Sequence record: DRR723986_4789
Strand: one strand, 5' to 3'
DNA length: 64,000 nt
Position numbers and translations under genes: made by a program. The notes beneath the pieces are model-generated. The model did not search any database. It saw only the letters and a program-made list of their open reading frames with translations, and was not told the DNA's origin. The first letter of the stretch is position 1. Each line of letters opens with the position of its first letter. Shown piece by piece: positions 8,448 to 19,048 of the stretch.

Positions 8448-9770
8448 TCAGTTCAGTTTTTCAATGCGGATCATCTGAGGCTGTTCGGAAACTACCCCCT
8501 TGGACATGATCACGTCCAATGCCTCTTTGATTGCCACTTCAGTCGTTTCATACGTGATGAGGATGACAGGTTGAGGCAGGTCCGCATCAAATTTCACAGG
8601 AACGTCCTTATTTGCATGACGTTTCTGGACAATCGATTCCAGTGAAATGCCGGCATCGCCCATGCATCTGGCGATTTCGGCGAAAGCACCCGGCCGATCG
8701 AATACGGACAGGCGGATGTAATATCCGCCTTCATGAAGCCGCATGCGGGCACGTTGATAGCTGTTAAGCTCTGCAGCGGGCATGCCAAGAACGGGCGTTT
8801 CGTCGCCCCGGGCAATATCGGCGAGATCGGCCACGACGGATGACGCCGTAGCATTGCCGCCGGCACCCGGTCCGACGAGCACGATTTCACCAACGAAGTC
8901 ACCGTCGACAGCCACAGCATTCAGCACGCCGTCGATCCGAGCAATCGCAGAGGACTTCGGCACCATGGTCGGATGAACACGTTGCTCGATGCCCGTATCA
9001 GTGCGTTGGGCAACGCCCAGCAGCTTGATGCGAAAGCCGAGTTCGTCCGCAGCCTGAATATCGGCGGTCGTAATCGAGGTGATGCCCTCGACGTAGATGT
9101 CGTCGATCGAGATTTCCGTGCCAAAGGCAAGACTGGTGAGGATGGCAAGTTTGTGGGCGGTGTCGTTACCTTCGATGTCGAAGGTCGGATCCGCCTCCGC
9201 ATAGCCGAGGCGCTGTGCATCCGACAGACAATCCTGAAAGCTGATGCCTTCTGCCTCCATCCGGGTCAGGATGTAATTGCAGGTGCCGTTCAGGATACCG
9301 TAGATGCGGCTGATGTCGTTGCTGGCCATAGATTCGCGCAGCGTCTTGACGATCGGAATGCCTCCGGCAACGGCTGCCTCGTAGTTGAGGCAGGCGTCGT
9401 TGGCCTCCGCCAGCAATGCCAGCTCAACACCATGGCGCGCAAGCAGCGCCTTGTTTGCTGTCACGACATGAATGCCACGCGCCAGGGCAGCACGCACGCT
9501 TTCCTCAGCGGGGCCGTTGTCGCCGCCGATCAGTTCGACAAAAATATCGACATCTGCCGTCCGGGCCATTTCCACCGGATCGGTGAACCATTCGAATGCC
9601 GAGACATCGATGCCCCGATCACGGGTCCGATCACGTGCACTGACCGCTGTCACGGTCACTGCTCGCCCGGTTTTCGTTGCAATCTGTCCGCCGTGTTTTG
9701 AAAGGAGCTGCACCACGGCCGCCCCCACGGTGCCAAGGCCAGCGATGCCTACCTTCAATGCGTCTGCCAT
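8448..9770 (-). CDS. hom: Homoserine dehydrogenase with C-terminal ACT domain
   Basis: GLGTVG, VVTANK, EAAVAGGIP, GILNGTCNYIL, GYAEADP, GPGAG. True start is MADALK at 9770; the ORF-track extension overlaps the upstream gene. Confidence 0.96.
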   Translation of the reverse strand: MADALKVGIAGLGTVGAAVVQLLSKHGGQIATKTGRAVTVTAVSARDRTRDRGIDVSAFEWFTDPVEMARTADVDIFVELIGGDNGPAEESVRAALARGIHVVTANKALLARHGVELALLAEANDACLNYEAAVAGGIPIVKTLRESMASNDISRIYGILNGTCNYILTRMEAEGISFQDCLSDAQRLGYAEADPTFDIEGNDTAHKLAILTSLAFGTEISIDDIYVEGITSITTADIQAADELGFRIKLLGVAQRTDTGIEQRVHPTMVPKSSAIARIDGVLNAVAVDGDFVGEIVLVGPGAGGNATASSVVADLADIARGDETPVLGMPAAELNSYQRARMRLHEGGYYIRLSVFDRPGAFAEIARCMGDAGISLESIVQKRHANKDVPVKFDADLPQPVILITYETTEVAIKEALDVIMSKGVVSEQPQMIRIEKLN

Positions 9771-9792
9771 ACGGAAATGAGTCCAGTTCTTA

Positions 9793-11010
9793 TCAACCTT
9801 TGGTCCCGAGCGGGATGACGTTGTGCAGCTTTTGATCCGCAGTTTCAAGGAAGCGGCGGATATTTCTGGCTGCCTGACGCAGTCTTTGTTCGTTTTCCAC
9901 CAGTCCGATGCGGACGTACTCGTCTCCGTGTTCACCGAAACCGATACCTGGTGCGACGGCCACTTCCGCCTTTTCCAGTAGCAGCTTGGAGTATTCCAGA
10001 CTGCCGAGCGCCCGGAACTTCTCGGGGATTGGTGCCCAGCAGAACATGCTGGCTTCCGGTGCAGGAATATCCCAGCCGGCCCTGCCGAAACTGTCGACCA
10101 CCACATCGCGGCGCTTCTTGTAGATCTCGCGGGTTTCACGGATGCAGTCATCCGATCCGTTCAGGGCCGCGGTTGCCGCAACCTGAATGGGTGTGAAGGC
10201 GCCGTAATCGAGATAGGATTTCACTCGCGACAACGCAGCAATCAGCCGCTCGTTGCCGACAGCAAAGCCCATGCGCCACCCCGGCATGGAGAAGGTCTTC
10301 GAAAGTGACGTGAATTCGACGGTGACATCCATGGCACCCGGCACCTGCAGAACCGATGGCGGCGGTGTCGCACCGAAATAGATTTCGGAGTAAGCTAGGT
10401 CAGACAGGATGAAGATGTTGTGCTTGCGAGCGAATGCGACCACATCCTTGTAGAAGTCGAGATCCGCGCAATAGGACGTCGGGTTCGCCGGGTAGCAAAG
10501 AATGATTGCGATCGGCTTCGGCACGGAATGGATCACCGCGCGTTCAAGCGCATCGAAGAACGCCGGACCCGGTTCCGCCGGAATGTTGCGGATCGAGGCA
10601 CCAGCCATCAAGAAGCCGAAGGTGTGAATCGGATAGCTGGGATTGGGGCTCAGAATCACATCCCCGGGTGCGGAGATGGCCTGCGCCATGTTGGCGAAGC
10701 CTTCCTTGGAGCCGAGTGTCGCGATCACCTGGGTATCGGGATCCAGTTTCACGCCAAACCGACGACCGTAATAAGCCGCTTGTGCCTTGCGCAGGCCTCC
10801 GATGCCCTTGGATGCGGAATAACGGTGCGTGCGTGGGTCCTGCACGACTTCGGTCAGCTTGTCGACAATGTGCTTCGGTGTCGGCAGGTCAGGGTTGCCC
10901 ATGCCAAGATCGATAATGTCCGCCCCCGCCGCGCGCGCCTTCGCCTTCAAACGGTTCACCTGTTCGAACACATACGGCGGCAGCCGCTTGATCTTATGGA
11001 ATTCCTCCAT
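9793..11010 (-). CDS. Class I/II PLP aminotransferase (AlaC/LL-DAP aminotransferase-like)
   Basis: IDLGMGNPD, GSKEG, DLAY, SLSKTFSMPGWRMG (PLP lysine). Confidence 0.92.
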   Translation of the reverse strand: MEEFHKIKRLPPYVFEQVNRLKAKARAAGADIIDLGMGNPDLPTPKHIVDKLTEVVQDPRTHRYSASKGIGGLRKAQAAYYGRRFGVKLDPDTQVIATLGSKEGFANMAQAISAPGDVILSPNPSYPIHTFGFLMAGASIRNIPAEPGPAFFDALERAVIHSVPKPIAIILCYPANPTSYCADLDFYKDVVAFARKHNIFILSDLAYSEIYFGATPPPSVLQVPGAMDVTVEFTSLSKTFSMPGWRMGFAVGNERLIAALSRVKSYLDYGAFTPIQVAATAALNGSDDCIRETREIYKKRRDVVVDSFGRAGWDIPAPEASMFCWAPIPEKFRALGSLEYSKLLLEKAEVAVAPGIGFGEHGDEYVRIGLVENEQRLRQAARNIRRFLETADQKLHNVIPLGTKG

Positions 11011-11352
11011 GACGCGAATCCTTGCGAGTTGACAGTATCAGCTGCGCCCCCTTGCCGGGCGCGGCGACGGCGCAGCGGGGCTCTTTTAGCAGTCCGGATA
11101 AAAATACGCACCCGTCTTTGCGTCGCTAGCCGACTAAATTTGTAGCGTTTTTTAGAACATGATTGCTTTGGCAGTAGTCCTCGCCTGCCTGAGCTCCACT
11201 AACGGCTTAAATGTCCTACAAATCGCGGTGTGCAGGCGCAAAAATCTGGCGGGGAATGAACGGTAAGTGAGCAGTAAGCGGGCCGCCTTCCCGAGCCAGA
11301 TCCCTCAATCCACTGTGCCGAGCGCGTCGCGACAATCAAAGAGAGCAGGAGA

Positions 11353-12588
11353 TCAGGCCGCCTTTTTCCGAAGCACGGAAAAACCGGTCCTTTTTGCGTC
11401 CTTGATAAGCCGGCCATTGGGCGCAAGATCCATCGTGACGATTTGTGCGCGGCCCTGTTTCTTTGCCCTGTGCAGGCCACCTTCGGCAGCTTCCATCGCA
11501 CGCTCCAGCGATGTCGAAACGCTGGCACTGACCAGTCCGACGCTCGCGGTCACCATCAGCCGGCCGCCAGACGCTTCCTGACATTCCAGCCCGAAACGCC
11601 TGCAGATTCTCTGGGCGGTCAAATGGGCGAGTTCCTTGTTGCCCTCCGGCAGGAACACGGCGAATCCGGCACCGCCCACACGCCCTGAAATGGCGTTTTC
11701 GACCAGCGTATCCTTCAAGATGCGCGCGAAAAGCTGCAGGAGCGCATCTCCCATCGCCTGACCGAAACGCTCGTTCACCGATTTGAACTGGTCCATGTCA
11801 AACAGGATGAGGCTGTAAATGCCCTTTGGAGAGGAGTTAGAAGCGATCCAATCCTCGGCATCATTGAGAAACGCCCGCCGGTTCGGCAGAGCTGTCAGGT
11901 CGTCCTGAAGAGCCTGCTCCCTGAAACCGTGCAAGGATCGTTCGATGACCATGGAAGCCGGCAGGACAATCGTCATGATGATCGAAAACAGGACGGTGAT
12001 CAGGTAGGTGCTCATGAACCCTTCCGTGAACGTCGACTGGAAGGACGGGAACAGCAGTATGTTCTGGTGAAAGGTAAACCACATGAATCCCGCGGTTTCG
12101 ACCAGCGTTGTCATGCCAAGCATACGGGCTGAATAGAGTTTCTCCCGATTTTCGAAGAACGCCATCCACACGACCCAGAGACCACTCAGGATCAGCACCG
12201 ACTGGACATAATTCACCCGGGTGAGGAAGTTGTCCTGAAATTCGGGAAACTGGCATAGAACGAGCCAGGCGAATGCTATCGTTGCGAACACCCAGACATG
12301 ACTGCTGCGGCCCAGGAACACGGCGAAGCCGCTTCGCCTCAGGCCGGTCCCGAGAATGACCAGGAAATTAGCGGCAACGATACTGAAAAGGTCCGGAATT
12401 GTCCCGCGAAATGCAAGGAGAACCGTCCCGCAAGCCGCCAGAAACATTCCTGCGGACCACAGGGCGAGGCTTCTCGAACAGGCAACGCTCCGCCCTGGCC
12501 AGAACATGTAAAAAAGGAACAGGATGACGCTACCGGCAAACTCGGCAATCATAATGCAGGTAAACAGTGTCGGTGTATCGAGCGTCAT
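11353..12588 (-). CDS. Multi-TM protein with degenerate GGDEF domain
   Basis: About 7 hydrophobic helices, then DDLTALPNRR, DMDQFKSVN; active-site motif reads GGAGF. Confidence 0.88.
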   Translation of the reverse strand: MTLDTPTLFTCIMIAEFAGSVILFLFYMFWPGRSVACSRSLALWSAGMFLAACGTVLLAFRGTIPDLFSIVAANFLVILGTGLRRSGFAVFLGRSSHVWVFATIAFAWLVLCQFPEFQDNFLTRVNYVQSVLILSGLWVVWMAFFENREKLYSARMLGMTTLVETAGFMWFTFHQNILLFPSFQSTFTEGFMSTYLITVLFSIIMTIVLPASMVIERSLHGFREQALQDDLTALPNRRAFLNDAEDWIASNSSPKGIYSLILFDMDQFKSVNERFGQAMGDALLQLFARILKDTLVENAISGRVGGAGFAVFLPEGNKELAHLTAQRICRRFGLECQEASGGRLMVTASVGLVSASVSTSLERAMEAAEGGLHRAKKQGRAQIVTMDLAPNGRLIKDAKRTGFSVLRKKAA

Positions 12589-12729
12589 GAAAACAAAGGC
12601 CTTGCGATCAAGGCTTGCAGCCTAGACCGCCAGTCGTAAAGGAAAGATTTAATCCGTATATTTATCAATATTTTATCTTCTTTAGCCACCTCACATCATC
12701 CGCATATGTATTGGGCATCGTCCCCTGCG

Positions 12730-12972
12730 TCACTCAGACGCAAGTGTTTCCAGATAGGCCTGCGTCTCTTGCCTCTCCTTCGGATTGATGAGGCCGGAAG
12801 ACTCGCCGGGATTGACGATTGCACCATAGCCTTTCGGTGCCGGGACGTTGCCTCTCCCCTGCCCGGGTTCGGTTTTCAGCGCATCAAGCAAGGGTGTCCC
12901 TGGCCCGACGGCGCATGCCGACAATCCAAAGGCGAGAAGCAGGCACCCACCCAGTGCCAGCACGTTCCGCAT
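12730..12972 (-). CDS. Small hypothetical lipoprotein
   Basis: MRNVLALGGCLLLAFGLSAC signal peptide with LSAC lipobox. Confidence 0.65.
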   Translation of the reverse strand: MRNVLALGGCLLLAFGLSACAVGPGTPLLDALKTEPGQGRGNVPAPKGYGAIVNPGESSGLINPKERQETQAYLETLASE

Positions 12973-13214
12973 GCAGCTCAACCGATCCTCCACCACTTTG
13001 TTTCCTCATCCATCCGATCGTCACAAATTTCCACTAGCCAGAGGGCCTGAACGTGGATTGAAATCCAATCGACGGAGACGTTACCTTGTGTCATAAATAG
13101 CCGATAGTTCAAAATATCGGCGAAAAAATAACAAGATAACGCGATTGAACAACAAGGGCTCACAGGCCTTTCGTGGGCTGAATGGGGCAAGACAACCGGA
13201 GGAAATCCCTGCCT

Positions 13215-15020
13215 ATGGCTGATGACCGCGACCATCCCATGTTGCAGTATATCATCAACAACCCGGAAGCCTTTGCACAGAATCTTGCAAAGACGCTCGA
13301 GCAGGCAGGCAAGGCACTGGCGGCCTATATCGAGCCCCGGGAACAGGGCAAGATCACCCACGATTCGACCGACGAGCTGACCGGTGTCGTAAAGACCCTC
13401 GCTCAGGTTGGCGAATACTGGGCGTCCGATCCGCAGCGCGCCGTCGAGGCCCAGTCGCGCTTGTGGAGCGGCTATATCGATCTCTGGAATTCCTCGCTGA
13501 AACGGATGATGGGCGAACCGTCTACACCGGCGATCGAAACGCCGGCACGTGACAAGCGCTTTGCCGATCCTGACTGGGAAAAAAACCAGTTCTTCGATTT
13601 CATCAAGCAGCTCTACCTGATCACCAGCAAATGGGCGGAGGACATGGTCCACGACGCCCAGGGGCTGGATGAGCACACACGCCACAAGGCCGAATTCTAC
13701 GTCACCCAGATCGCCAATGCCGTCTCCCCGTCCAATTTCGTGCTTACAAACCCCGAGCTGTTACGTCTGACACTGGAAAGCAACGGCGAAAACCTGGTCA
13801 AGGGCATGCGGCACCTGGTCGAGGATCTGAAAACCGGCAAGGGCGAGCTGAAGATCCGCCAGACCGACCCGACAAAATTCAAGCTCGGCGAGAACCTCGG
13901 CACCACGCCAGGCAAGGTGATCTCGCAGAACGATGTCTGCCAGGTAATCCAGTATTCGCCATCTACCGACGAGGTCCTGAAGCGTCCTCTCCTGATCGTT
14001 CCGCCGTGGATCAACAAGTTCTACATTCTCGACCTCAATCCGGAAAAATCCTTCATCAAGTGGGCGGTCGACCAGGGCCACACGGTGTTTGTCATTTCCT
14101 GGGTCAACCCGGACGAACGCCAGGCTCAAAAGAGCTTCGAGCATTATATGAAGGAAGGCATCCTCAATACGCTCGACGTCATCAAGCGGGCAACGCGCCA
14201 GGAAGAGGTCAATTCCATCGGTTACTGCGTCGGCGGCACATTGCTGGCGGTCACGCTAGCCTACATGGCAAAGATCGGCGACGACCGTATCAAGACCGCG
14301 ACCTTCTTCACCACACAGGTCGACTTCACTTTCGCAGGTGACCTGAAGGTGTTCGTCGACGAAGAACAGATCTCGGTCCTTGAAAAGAGGATGGCCGAGC
14401 ACGGCTACCTGGACGGGTCGAAGATGTCGTCCGCCTTCAACATGCTTCGCTCCAACGATCTGATCTGGTCCTATGTGGTCAACAACTACCTGAAGGGCCA
14501 GGACCCCTTCCCGTTTGACCTGCTCTACTGGAACTCGGATTCCACACGCATGCCCGCCGCGAACCATTCGTTCTATCTGCGTAATTGTTATCTGGACAAC
14601 AAACTGTCCAAGGGCGAAATGGAAATCGCGGGCGAGCACCTGGATCTCTCCAAGGTAACCATTCCGATCTTCAACCTGGCAACGCGTGAGGACCACATCG
14701 CACCGCCGAAATCGGTCTTTCTGGGGTCAGGCTGTTTTGGTGGCCCCGTCGATTACGTGCTGGCCGGTTCCGGGCATATTGCCGGTGTGGTCAACCCGCC
14801 TGCAAAGAAGAAATACCAGTTCTGGACAGGTGCGGAAGCCAAGGGAACGCTGGAGAACTGGCTCAAGAATGCCGAGGAACACCCTGGGTCCTGGTGGCCT
14901 TACTGGGATCAGTGGATCCGTTCGCATGACGACGCCAAGGTCAAGGCTCGCAAACCAGGTGCGAACCGGGTCAAGATCCTTGAGGATGCGCCCGGCTCTT
15001 ATGTGATGACCAAGGTGTAA
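13215..15020 (+). CDS. phaC: Class I poly(R)-hydroxyalkanoate synthase
   Basis: [27 protein letters not shown] lipase box, DHI, SGHIAG, GSWW; GGAGG RBS before ATG 13215. Confidence 0.97.
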   Translation: MADDRDHPMLQYIINNPEAFAQNLAKTLEQAGKALAAYIEPREQGKITHDSTDELTGVVKTLAQVGEYWASDPQRAVEAQSRLWSGYIDLWNSSLKRMMGEPSTPAIETPARDKRFADPDWEKNQFFDFIKQLYLITSKWAEDMVHDAQGLDEHTRHKAEFYVTQIANAVSPSNFVLTNPELLRLTLESNGENLVKGMRHLVEDLKTGKGELKIRQTDPTKFKLGENLGTTPGKVISQNDVCQVIQYSPSTDEVLKRPLLIVPPWINKFYILDLNPEKSFIKWAVDQGHTVFVISWVNPDERQAQKSFEHYMKEGILNTLDVIKRATRQEEVNSIGYCVGGTLLAVTLAYMAKIGDDRIKTATFFTTQVDFTFAGDLKVFVDEEQISVLEKRMAEHGYLDGSKMSSAFNMLRSNDLIWSYVVNNYLKGQDPFPFDLLYWNSDSTRMPAANHSFYLRNCYLDNKLSKGEMEIAGEHLDLSKVTIPIFNLATREDHIAPPKSVFLGSGCFGGPVDYVLAGSGHIAGVVNPPAKKKYQFWTGAEAKGTLENWLKNAEEHPGSWWPYWDQWIRSHDDAKVKARKPGANRVKILEDAPGSYVMTKV

Positions 15021-15095
15021 CGCGCTGCGCCAGGACACATCCCCGCGAGCTCCATTCTCCCGGCGCTGACTACGGCTGTTTCCGAAGCGTATATC

Positions 15096-17417
15096 TCAAC
15101 CGAAATGTGCGTCCAAAGGCGTCAATGTCATGGCCAGCAGCTTGCCGAACTTGCGGGCGGCCATCGGGCGGCCGAAATGATAGCCTTGGACGACTTCACA
15201 ACGGCAGCTGGCAAGAAAGGCCTGCTGCTTTGCGGTTTCCACGCCCTCTGCCACGACACAGAGCCCAAGTTCCCGCCCGAGGGAAATGATGGCCTTTGCG
15301 ATACACCGGTCGCTTTCGTCGAAATCCAGATCGCTGATGAAGCTGCGGTCGATCTTGAGCCTTGTCAGCGGAAAGCTTTTCAGCGCGGCGAGACTTGAAT
15401 ACCCGGTGCCGAAATCATCTATGGCGAGCTTCACGCCCAGCCGGCGGAAATCGTCCATCAGTCCAACGGCCTGATCCGCATTCTTGATCAACAGGCTTTC
15501 GGTCAGCTCCAGCTCAAGGTAGGTCGCGGCAAGTCCAGTTTCCTCGAGTGCATCGCGAACATCCGAAATCAAACCGTCGTCCCGAAACTGGCGGGCGGAA
15601 ACATTGACGCCAACCGTAATCGGCATCAGGCCGCTTTCCTGCCATTCCTTGTTCTGCCGGCAGGCTTCGCGTGTCACCCATCTGCCCAGAGGCACGATAA
15701 GGCCGCTTTCTTCCGCCAGCGTGATGAACTCGCCCGGCATCATGCGACCAAGTGCCGGATGTTGCCAGCGCACCAGCGCTTCCGCACCTACGATACGGCC
15801 GCTGACCAGATTGTATTGCGGCTGGTATTCCAGGAAAAACTCGCCGTTCTCGATGCCGGTCCGCATTTCCTCCAGAAGTGTCAGCTTGTTAACCGAACGT
15901 TCCGGACGGGTCTGTTCATAGACCTTGAAGCTGTCACGTCCTGCGGACTTTGCTTCGAACATAGCCTTGTCGGCATTCCGTAAAAGCTGTGCCGCGCTGT
16001 CTGCATCCTGCGGATAACAGGCAGCACCAATGCTGCAGGTAACATGGAACGACAGGTCATCGATCTGGATCGTTTTGGTGATCTCGTCCCCGAGCCTTGC
16101 CATGAATTCGTTGAGGGCGGCTTTCTCTGCCGTGTCTCGGTCGACAATCAGGACAAATTCGTCGCCCCCGAAACGGATGGCCTGATGTGCACCGTCGTGG
16201 ACGGACATGATCCGTTCCGCGACGATCATCAGCACCTGGTCGCCAATCGCATGTCCGAAGCTGTCGTTGACGAACTTGAAATTGTCGAGATCGACAAAAA
16301 CGACGGCAACAGGCACGCCGGTCCTGTCACTTTCGGACACCTTTTCTTCCAGCTTGGTCTTGAACTCCTGCCGATTGGGCAGGCCTGTCAGGACGTCATG
16401 ATTGGCCAGATAGCGGATCTTGCGTTCGGCTCGGTCACGCTCGACCGCTACGGACGCAAGCCGGGCAGCTTCCAGTGCAAGCTTCAGCTCATGATCCGTC
16501 GGGCTGCGCGTCGACTTGGTGTAGAGCCCAAACGTGCCCAGAACCTTGCTGTCCTTGCCGAAAAACGGCACCGACCAGCATGACCGCAATTCGAAAGGAG
16601 CAACAAGGTCGCGTACATCCTCCCACAGTCGGTCCTTCTGGATATCTTCGACGATGACACTCTCGCGCCGGAACACAGCGGTCCCGCATGAACCCATTTT
16701 CGGGCTCACAGGTATACCGTCGGTGATGTCCAGGTATTCTTGCGGCAGGTTGGGACCGACAGTCGCCAGGAGATGCTCGCCTGTGTCATCCACAAGCATG
16801 ATCGACCCCATCACTCCATCGAGCTGGTCTTCAATGGTCAACACGAGTGTCGTCAACACCTCGTTCAAGGGTCTGCCCGCAGCAATTTCCTGAAGGACCT
16901 TGTTCTGCCCCTGCTGCAGGAGTAACGCCCGTTTGCGCTCGGTGATGTCCCGCGAGAGGCCAACAATGCCGACCACTTCACCCTTGCTGTTTGTGACCGG
17001 GTACTTGGACGAAGAGAACCACTTCCGCTTGCCGTTCGATAGAATTGACGGCTCCTCGAAATCGATACGCGGAATATTCGACGCCATGATCTCCTGTTCG
17101 ATGGCATGGAACTTGGAACCGGTCTCCTCCGGATGCAGTTCCAGATCGGTCTTGCCTATCAATTGCGAAGCATCATCGAGGCCGACATCAAGCGCGACCT
17201 GCAAGTTCGCCATGACGAAGCGCGAGCTGCGGTCCTTCACATAGAGATAATCGGAAACCTCGTTAAGCAGTGTGTGAAGCCAGTCGCCGCTGAGGCGAAG
17301 TTCGTCACTTCTTGACAGCTTCGTGATGTGGTTAAGCCGATCCAGCTCGGAGGCCAGGGACGAGACTATTTCGCTATTTTCCGCGTCCCCTTCGTCCTGG
17401 CTTGTTTGTAAGACCAT
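15096..17417 (-). CDS. PAS-GAF-GGDEF-EAL c-di-GMP signalling protein
   Basis: PAS/PAC (YVKDR...RDITE), GAF (GSCGTAV...CWSVP), intact GGDEF, EAL and DDFGTGYSS. Confidence 0.95.
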   Translation of the reverse strand: MVLQTSQDEGDAENSEIVSSLASELDRLNHITKLSRSDELRLSGDWLHTLLNEVSDYLYVKDRSSRFVMANLQVALDVGLDDASQLIGKTDLELHPEETGSKFHAIEQEIMASNIPRIDFEEPSILSNGKRKWFSSSKYPVTNSKGEVVGIVGLSRDITERKRALLLQQGQNKVLQEIAAGRPLNEVLTTLVLTIEDQLDGVMGSIMLVDDTGEHLLATVGPNLPQEYLDITDGIPVSPKMGSCGTAVFRRESVIVEDIQKDRLWEDVRDLVAPFELRSCWSVPFFGKDSKVLGTFGLYTKSTRSPTDHELKLALEAARLASVAVERDRAERKIRYLANHDVLTGLPNRQEFKTKLEEKVSESDRTGVPVAVVFVDLDNFKFVNDSFGHAIGDQVLMIVAERIMSVHDGAHQAIRFGGDEFVLIVDRDTAEKAALNEFMARLGDEITKTIQIDDLSFHVTCSIGAACYPQDADSAAQLLRNADKAMFEAKSAGRDSFKVYEQTRPERSVNKLTLLEEMRTGIENGEFFLEYQPQYNLVSGRIVGAEALVRWQHPALGRMMPGEFITLAEESGLIVPLGRWVTREACRQNKEWQESGLMPITVGVNVSARQFRDDGLISDVRDALEETGLAATYLELELTESLLIKNADQAVGLMDDFRRLGVKLAIDDFGTGYSSLAALKSFPLTRLKIDRSFISDLDFDESDRCIAKAIISLGRELGLCVVAEGVETAKQQAFLASCRCEVVQGYHFGRPMAARKFGKLLAMTLTPLDAHFG

Positions 17418-17744
17418 GCTCCAGTCCAATTGATTGAATTTATCACTCTCAAGTATTTGGCCATCTTTGCCGATTTCAAACTAAAAAACAATGAACTGAA
17501 CAGAATGTAGGCCTTTTTACTCATTAGCTATTTGTTATTCATCGAACGAACTAGCCCATCCAGGCAAGTGCATTGAAACTACACCAAAATCTCTAGGAGA
17601 TATCGATTAAAATACTTAGTGATATCTGGCCCTGGCCTAGGTATTTTTCACGATCTTTGCTGTTGCTTGCGACAGAATGTTGTTTGCCAAGTCCCCGTTT
17701 CGCCGGGTAAGATTGCCGAATATCCGAAAGGCCGGCTTCAGCAT

Positions 17745-18350
17745 ATGCAAACCACGAAACGTCACCCGAGCCCCCTTGCCCGTCCGGCATTGAAAGATGC
17801 CAATGGCCTGAGAGCTCCCGTTCTTCTGCCCAAAGCAGCGACCGGCAAGCCAGCGCCTGCGCTGGCAACTTTCATGAAGATACTCGCACCTGGCATGTTG
17901 ACCGGTGCCTTGTGGACGCAAGCCTGGCTTGGTGTCTGGGGCGCACTTCTGCTCGCTTTTGCGGTACTGGCAGGCGTGATCGCTGTCCCCAGGCTTGTCG
18001 GGGAAACCGGCAAGGCCTCCAGTTGGGCCAAACGCGTGAGCTTTGGAGAAAAGATCTGGCTCAACAGATTGTTCCTCCCCGTTCCCGCCACCGACAGTGC
18101 CCGGATTACAACGCTTTATCTCGTTTTCTGGATGGGTGGGCTGATTGCGTTGCTCGGCGGCTTCCTGTCATCGCCAATCCTGTCGCTGACAGGTCTGGCC
18201 GTTGCGTATGCGGCCCAGTTCGTCAGCTTCGGCAAGTTGATCCAGCTTTACCAGACCATGAAGGACAAAACCCCGCTCTACCGTTTCTGGACTGCTGTTC
18301 CGCACAACGACAACCTTCCCGGGAAGGCAGTGCGCAGCAAACACGGCTGA
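17745..18350 (+). CDS. Hypothetical membrane protein (DUF6653-like; start uncertain)
   Basis: Several TM helices; the SWAKRVSFGEKIWLNR segment resembles DUF6653 (recalled from memory). Confidence 0.6.
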   Translation: MQTTKRHPSPLARPALKDANGLRAPVLLPKAATGKPAPALATFMKILAPGMLTGALWTQAWLGVWGALLLAFAVLAGVIAVPRLVGETGKASSWAKRVSFGEKIWLNRLFLPVPATDSARITTLYLVFWMGGLIALLGGFLSSPILSLTGLAVAYAAQFVSFGKLIQLYQTMKDKTPLYRFWTAVPHNDNLPGKAVRSKHG

Positions 18351-18385
18351 TTTCCTTTGAATGTCTCCTTGAAGCGGGTCGCTGT

Positions 18386-19030
18386 TCAGTCGGCTGTGCT
18401 CAACTCCAGACTCACGATGGCGACCAGACCAAGTGCGGCAAGCGCAACTTGCTGCTCCTGCCCCGCGATCTTGCTGCGCAAATCCGGCTCGTGAATGTCG
18501 AGCACCCAATCCCTGCCCGTCACGAATCTCTTCAAACCTGACAGCAAACCGGCTTTCTTGCCTTCTGCCTGATCCCGATGTTTGCGGACCAGCGTCCCCA
18601 CTGGATTGCCGTCTGCCAACAGCACCAGAGCTTCCGTGTCGCCACCAAGCATCGTGCGGACGGTTTGTTTGGCAACACTGTCAGGGTTGGCAAGGCTGAA
18701 CTGAACATTGCTTCCAGGCACTTCCAGTTGCCAGCCCTGCTTCAAAGGTCCTCGTCCCCCGATTTGTCCGATGCTGACGTCCGCATCGGTCCTCAGTTGC
18801 CAGCTGCCAGTACCGGACCTGGATTTGCACTCGAGTGCCCAGGCAGTCTGTGGGCCGATGCGAATGCTTGTAACGCCTCTCATGTGCGGCTTGTCCAGTT
18901 CGAACACCATGGCAGGTGCTTCCTCGAGACTTTGTCCGGTGCCAAACACCTTGAACTGCCTGGCGACACCGGGCGGCAACGGCATGCTGCCCGGCGTTTT
19001 GACAAATCGGAAGCTAAGGTTCGTTTCCAT
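18386..19030 (-). CDS. Hypothetical protein downstream of speB
   Basis: 214 aa ORF 18 bp after the speB stop; beta-rich pattern with a hydrophobic C-terminal helix. Confidence 0.65.
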   Translation of the reverse strand: METNLSFRFVKTPGSMPLPPGVARQFKVFGTGQSLEEAPAMVFELDKPHMRGVTSIRIGPQTAWALECKSRSGTGSWQLRTDADVSIGQIGGRGPLKQGWQLEVPGSNVQFSLANPDSVAKQTVRTMLGGDTEALVLLADGNPVGTLVRKHRDQAEGKKAGLLSGLKRFVTGRDWVLDIHEPDLRSKIAGQEQQVALAALGLVAIVSLELSTAD

Positions 19031-19048
19031 GTTGCCCCTGTTCTGGCC

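Noticed and set aside
7323-8645. Long antisense ORFs (also 34326-35690, 40737-41762, 50914-52281, 52504-53691, 54578-56038)
   Set aside because: They lie opposite well-supported genes, lack motifs and are expected from high-GC codon bias.
9771-10151. Apparent N-terminal extension of hom (similar extensions on gabD, the CDF gene, SDR and kpsS-2)
   Set aside because: Artefacts of longest-ORF calling; family similarity starts at downstream codons, several with a clear RBS.
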